A DNA stretch of 62,981 nt, counting the filler, from Lenisia limosa (lineage: Eukaryota; Protista; Breviatea): the NCBI GenBank assembly GCA_001655205.1. It is 8 parts of 8 records of this genome, joined end to end, with 100 filler letters (N's around TTAATTAATTAA, not from the genome) between each part and the next. Parts side by side here need not be neighbours in the genome. Positions count along the whole stretch, not along the records: positions 53,970 to 59,966 come from LPNZ01007414.1; positions 60,067 to 62,981 come from LPNZ01008769.1; 6 more parts are not named here. One strand, given 5' to 3'. Position 1 is the first letter of the stretch. Each line of letters opens with the position of its first letter. A program made the position numbers and the translations under genes. Positions 59,901-62,981 of the stretch are shown one piece after another. Below the pieces are notes generated by a model. The model was not told the origin of the DNA. It did not search any database and worked only from the letters and a program-made list of their open reading frames with translations.

Positions 59901-59966
59901 GTGTTTGCGATCCACTTGAGGCCTCCTGCTTCGGCGGCGGCGTGGAGCTGGTCACTTGATTTGCAC
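53970..59966 (-). CDS. NUP205: Nucleoporin Nup205/Nup192, internal fragment
   Basis: LIVENPRWQALTSLLSLSICPIRVELK..GLVDDLRQIEAADE..TRSFLGLLQQL..LQYLDFVINQVLLPYETRSYKRESERWEILTSVVRLLSTILRQY is colinear with Nup205 LCEHPQWTPVVVILGLLQCSIPPVLK..ELNEIESRCEEYPLTRAFCQLI..YLQFLRDSVFLRFRTRAYRRAAEKWEVAEVVLEVFYKLLRDY. Confidence 0.8.
54331..54395 (-). repeat. ~160-bp intronic repeat, 3' half (copy 5), sense to NUP205
   Basis: Minus strand: AATATTATCCTATAATCCAATATCTCTTAAAAGCGTGATGGTGTGGACGGCTTCGGCC. Confidence 0.8.
56835..57169 (-). repeat. Composite B+A repeat whose C-tract forms the NUP205 3' splice site
   Basis: Minus strand: B unit 57169-57129, A unit 57083-57051, N gap, then TTTCATAAATTTTCCAATTTTACCCCCCCCCCCCAG|ACC (exon starts 56832). 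Confidence 0.7.
58425..58462. repeat. 19-bp tandem duplication of a NUP205 3' splice site
   Basis: GGACTGTCAAAACGGAAAT x2; on the minus strand ATTTCCGTTTTGACAG|TCC occurs twice. A 24-bp duplication also lies at 58007-58054. Confidence 0.8.
59367..59457 (-). repeat. A+B repeat units next to an N gap in a NUP205 intron
   Basis: AAAGCCCAAGCCAGTCGCTTTTGCAGCACCGCATCCC (B) then TAAAAATTGACATTTATGAAACAAAAAAAAGCCCAAAACAACTCTGTT (A). Confidence 0.75.
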
Positions 59967-60066
59967 NNNNNNNNNNNNNNNNNNNNNNNNNNNNNNNNNN
60001 NNNNNNNNNNTTAATTAATTAANNNNNNNNNNNNNNNNNNNNNNNNNNNNNNNNNNNNNNNNNNNN
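59967..60066. other. Artificial scaffold linker
   Basis: N44-TTAATTAATTAA-N44. Confidence 0.97.
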
Positions 60067-60187
60067 ATGGAGGGGGGGGGGGGGAGGGGGGGAACCAAAA
60101 ATAAAAAGCTAAAAGGCACAAAGATCCTTGATCGTCGGAGTATTTAAAAACAAATTGTGAATTTTTTGCTCTCTATTGTTATTCATC

Positions 60188-62981
60188 ATGTCTGTTGCTG
60201 CTCGTGGTGCTGTTTCTCTTACTAACGAATACAAGGTCCTCTCTGAGGCTCAACTCCAGAAGGAGGTTGAGAAGTGCCTTAACTGCCATGAGAAGCCTTG
60301 CAAGGACAAGTGCCCGGTTGACTGCTCTCCTGCTGACTTCATCCTCGCTGTTCGCTCTGGAAAGGACTCCGATTACAAGCGTGCTGCCGGTCAGATCATG
60401 GAAATGAACCCCCTCGGTGGTGTTTGCGGTGTTGTTTGCCCTGACGAGCACTGTATGTCTGCCTGCGCCCGTTCTGGCATTGATGTTCCTGTTGATATCC
60501 CCGCTGTTCAAGCTTCCATTGTCAACATTGCCCGTGAGCGCGGACTTTTCCCCAAGTTCAAGTCCCCTGAAGAGATGAACGGCAAGAAGATCGCTGTTAT
60601 TGGCTCAGGACCCTCTGGTCTTGGTGCTACCTCCGTGCTCGCCTCTCTTGGCTACGAAGTCTGCATGTACGAGAAGAAGGACAAGCTTGGTGGTGATATC
60701 CAGCTCATCCCCTCTTTCCGTCTTCCTGAGAAGACTGTCCAAGCCGATATCGAGTTCGTTACCTCCATGAAGGGCGTTACTTTCAAGACTGGTACCGAGA
60801 TCACCGACTTCAAGGCTCTTCTCACTGAGGTTGGAGAATTTTCGAGACAAATCTTTTCTTCCCGCATGCTCGATTTCGTATTTCGACCCTTTAGCGCCTA
60901 CAATAGCTTCCTTTGTGCTATATTGAATGAATCATGAGGGTTTTACCACTATTTTAGAGAAGTTTTCTCAGACTGACAAATTTTTAGGGCTTTGACGCCG
61001 TCGTTGTATGCGTTGGAATGGGCAAGGACCGCAACCCAGGTGGTGTATGCGGGACGTTTGCCATTTGTCGTCTTCTCCACCCTTTTCCTTGTTATCTGAT
61101 CTGATGTGTCATCTGTCTCATTGTTTCCTGAGGCCCGCTTTCTGTTTTGAGTATTCTTTTATACTGGCATTACCCCCCCCCCTTTTTTTTTTTTCTTCAT
61201 CCTACAGGTTGGTGGCAAGCTCCCTGTTCTTGCCCGTACCTTCCTTCAGGACCCCAAGAGCTTCTACGAGCGTCTTGGTGACAATGTTGCTGTCATCGGT
61301 GGTGGTGGGCGGGGTTTTGCTGGATTTTTGTATTCTTTATATTCTTCCATCTCACCCCAAAGGCTCCGTTGCTGTTGATTGCGCCTGCACCCTCAAGCGT
61401 GACGGCAAGAACCCCACCATCTTCTACCGCCGGTATGCCTAGTGATCACAGACCCATTCTTTCAGGTTTATTCCAAGCTTGTTTTACCCCCTCCCCAGCT
61501 CTGCCGCTGAGATGCCCATCGATATGTTCGAGAAGCACGACCTCCAGAAGTTCGGAATTGAGGTGAGCTCGTCAACCATTGACAGGCTCTTTTTGTTGTA
61601 TTCAATGATAGTGGTTACAAATAACTTATTATAGAAGTTTTTGACTACTATAGTGTCTCTTATCTCACTCTTTTTTTAACAGTACATAACTCCTTTAGAT
61701 TGTTGGCCGTACTTCAGTCACTGACGTTAAGTCTACTGACGGCAAGGTACAAATACCTGAAATTTGTCATTTTGATAGTTAAAATTACATACAGTTTACG
61801 ACTTAGGTCACTGGTATCACTGTCCAACGTGTTGCCATGGCCAACCGCAAGACTGGCTCTGCCTCCTCTTCTGTTGTCCCCAACTCCGAGTCTCAGTGGA
61901 ACGAGATCACCGGTGGGTCTCAACTGCTCTCGCGCACCTTCTTAAATGCCTAAATATCCTGTTACTTTTGGATAACCTGTTTATCTATTAGGTGTCATCA
62001 TGGCTGTCGGTCAGGCCGCTGAGTACGAGAAGATTGATGAAGAGAACGTTTACCTTGCTGGTGACTTCGCCAATGGCGGTGGGTTACCCTTGCTTTTCTG
62101 TTTCATCTTTCATGTTCTGCCTTTTTTGCTACGCTTTTTTTTTGAAAATCTAACAACCCAGGATCTACCGTCGTCGAGGCTGTTGCCAACGGCAAGAACA
62201 TCGCCANNNNNNNNNNNNNNNNNNNNNNNNNNNNNNNNNNNNNNNNNNNNNNNNNNNNNNNNNNNNNNNNNNNNNNNNNNNNNNNNNNNNNNNNNNNNNN
62301 NNNNTGCCTGCCAACCCCAACAAGTCTACCATCAAGGTATGGAGGGGGGAGGCATGATTTTAATGGTTGAAAAACGAATAAAAATTTATTTTATGTATCA
62401 TTTCACGATATTAGATTGAAGGCTTCAACAACTACCCTGCCGATCTTAAGACCGACTTCTTCGGCTTTGAGCTCCCCAACCCCTTCCTCCTCTCTGCTTC
62501 TCCCCTGACTGGTAGGCTATACTGGGTCTTTTTGACCCTTGCTTTGTAGGGTTATTATTAGGGTTTTTTTTTTGGTGTTCTTCCTTTTCAATTACTCCTG
62601 TAGACGGCTACGTTGAGATGAAGACCGCCCTCAAGGCTGGATGGGCCGGTGGAGTCCTGAAGACTGCTTTCGATGGTGAGCTCTCGGGGTGAGTGTCTTT
62701 TTGTTATGCTTTGCTAGTATTATTGTACATCCGTAATTAATCACACCTTCTCACCTCGCCTCAGGATGCGATATCCATATCCCCAACGAGTACATGACTT
62801 GCTATGACTCCGACACTTTCGGTAACTGCGATAACGTTTCCGGCCACAACCTCGACCGTGTTGTCAAGGAGATCAAGATGCTCCGCGGTTTGTGGGACCA
62901 TAATACAAGCTTTCACAACGAAAACGAGGCAACAATGACTAACCACTCCAGAGGAATTCCCCGACCGCATGATCATGGGTG
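60188..62981 (+). CDS. DPYD: Dihydropyrimidine dehydrogenase (fused PreT-like Fe-S/FAD/NADPH and PreA-like FMN domains); 3' end outside the window
   Basis: EVEKCLNCHEKPCKDKCP..NPLGGVCGVVCPDEHCMSAC..IAVIGSGPSG..VAVIGGGSVAVDCA..YRR..AGDFANGGSTVVEAVANGK..FFGFELPNPFLLSASPLTDG..GWAGGVLKTA..GNCDNVSGH. Confidence 0.9.

Noticed and set aside
60188-60829. Bacterial contaminant contig suggested by the long intron-free ORF
   Set aside because: The same gene continues through many canonical GT-AG introns in the same style as the rest of the window.
594-62419. Many ORF-track entries containing runs of X
   Set aside because: They are open only because N gaps hide stop codons; real coding sequence is split into short GT-AG exons.

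Overview
This window is eukaryotic, intron-rich protist-like DNA in the standard genetic code (TAA, TAG and TGA are all used as stops) with canonical GT-AG introns. It is not one locus: seven 100-bp linkers (N44-TTAATTAATTAA-N44) join eight scaffolds (1-6217, 6318-19230, 19331-41709, 41810-48592, 48693-50777, 50878-53869, 53970-59966, 60067-62981). The ORF track is therefore mostly spurious, and genes were rebuilt by hand from exons. Recognisable genes: a divergent ALG3-like mannosyltransferase, a very large Cys-rich (ephrin-receptor-like/furin-like repeat) surface protein, NOP14, tRNA-Ala(AGC), a UCH-L3-type deubiquitinase, a PRKRIP1-like protein, a bZIP factor, DNAJC17, glutaminyl-tRNA synthetase, a PKD/REJ-like protein, the 3' end of a DnaJ gene, NSUN5, NUP205 and a fused dihydropyrimidine dehydrogenase. 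The most unusual signal is in the introns. They carry (i) a ~160-bp repeat that starts with a splice-donor-like GTATG, has two hairpins and is always sense to the host gene; (ii) a composite repeat whose terminal C/G tract abuts real splice sites; (iii) G-tracts after donors and C-tracts before acceptors; (iv) short tandem duplications centred on splice sites; (v) several MITE families, a MULE-like insertion with an 11-bp target-site duplication and a Penelope-like fragment. Family assignments come from motif recall, not database searches.
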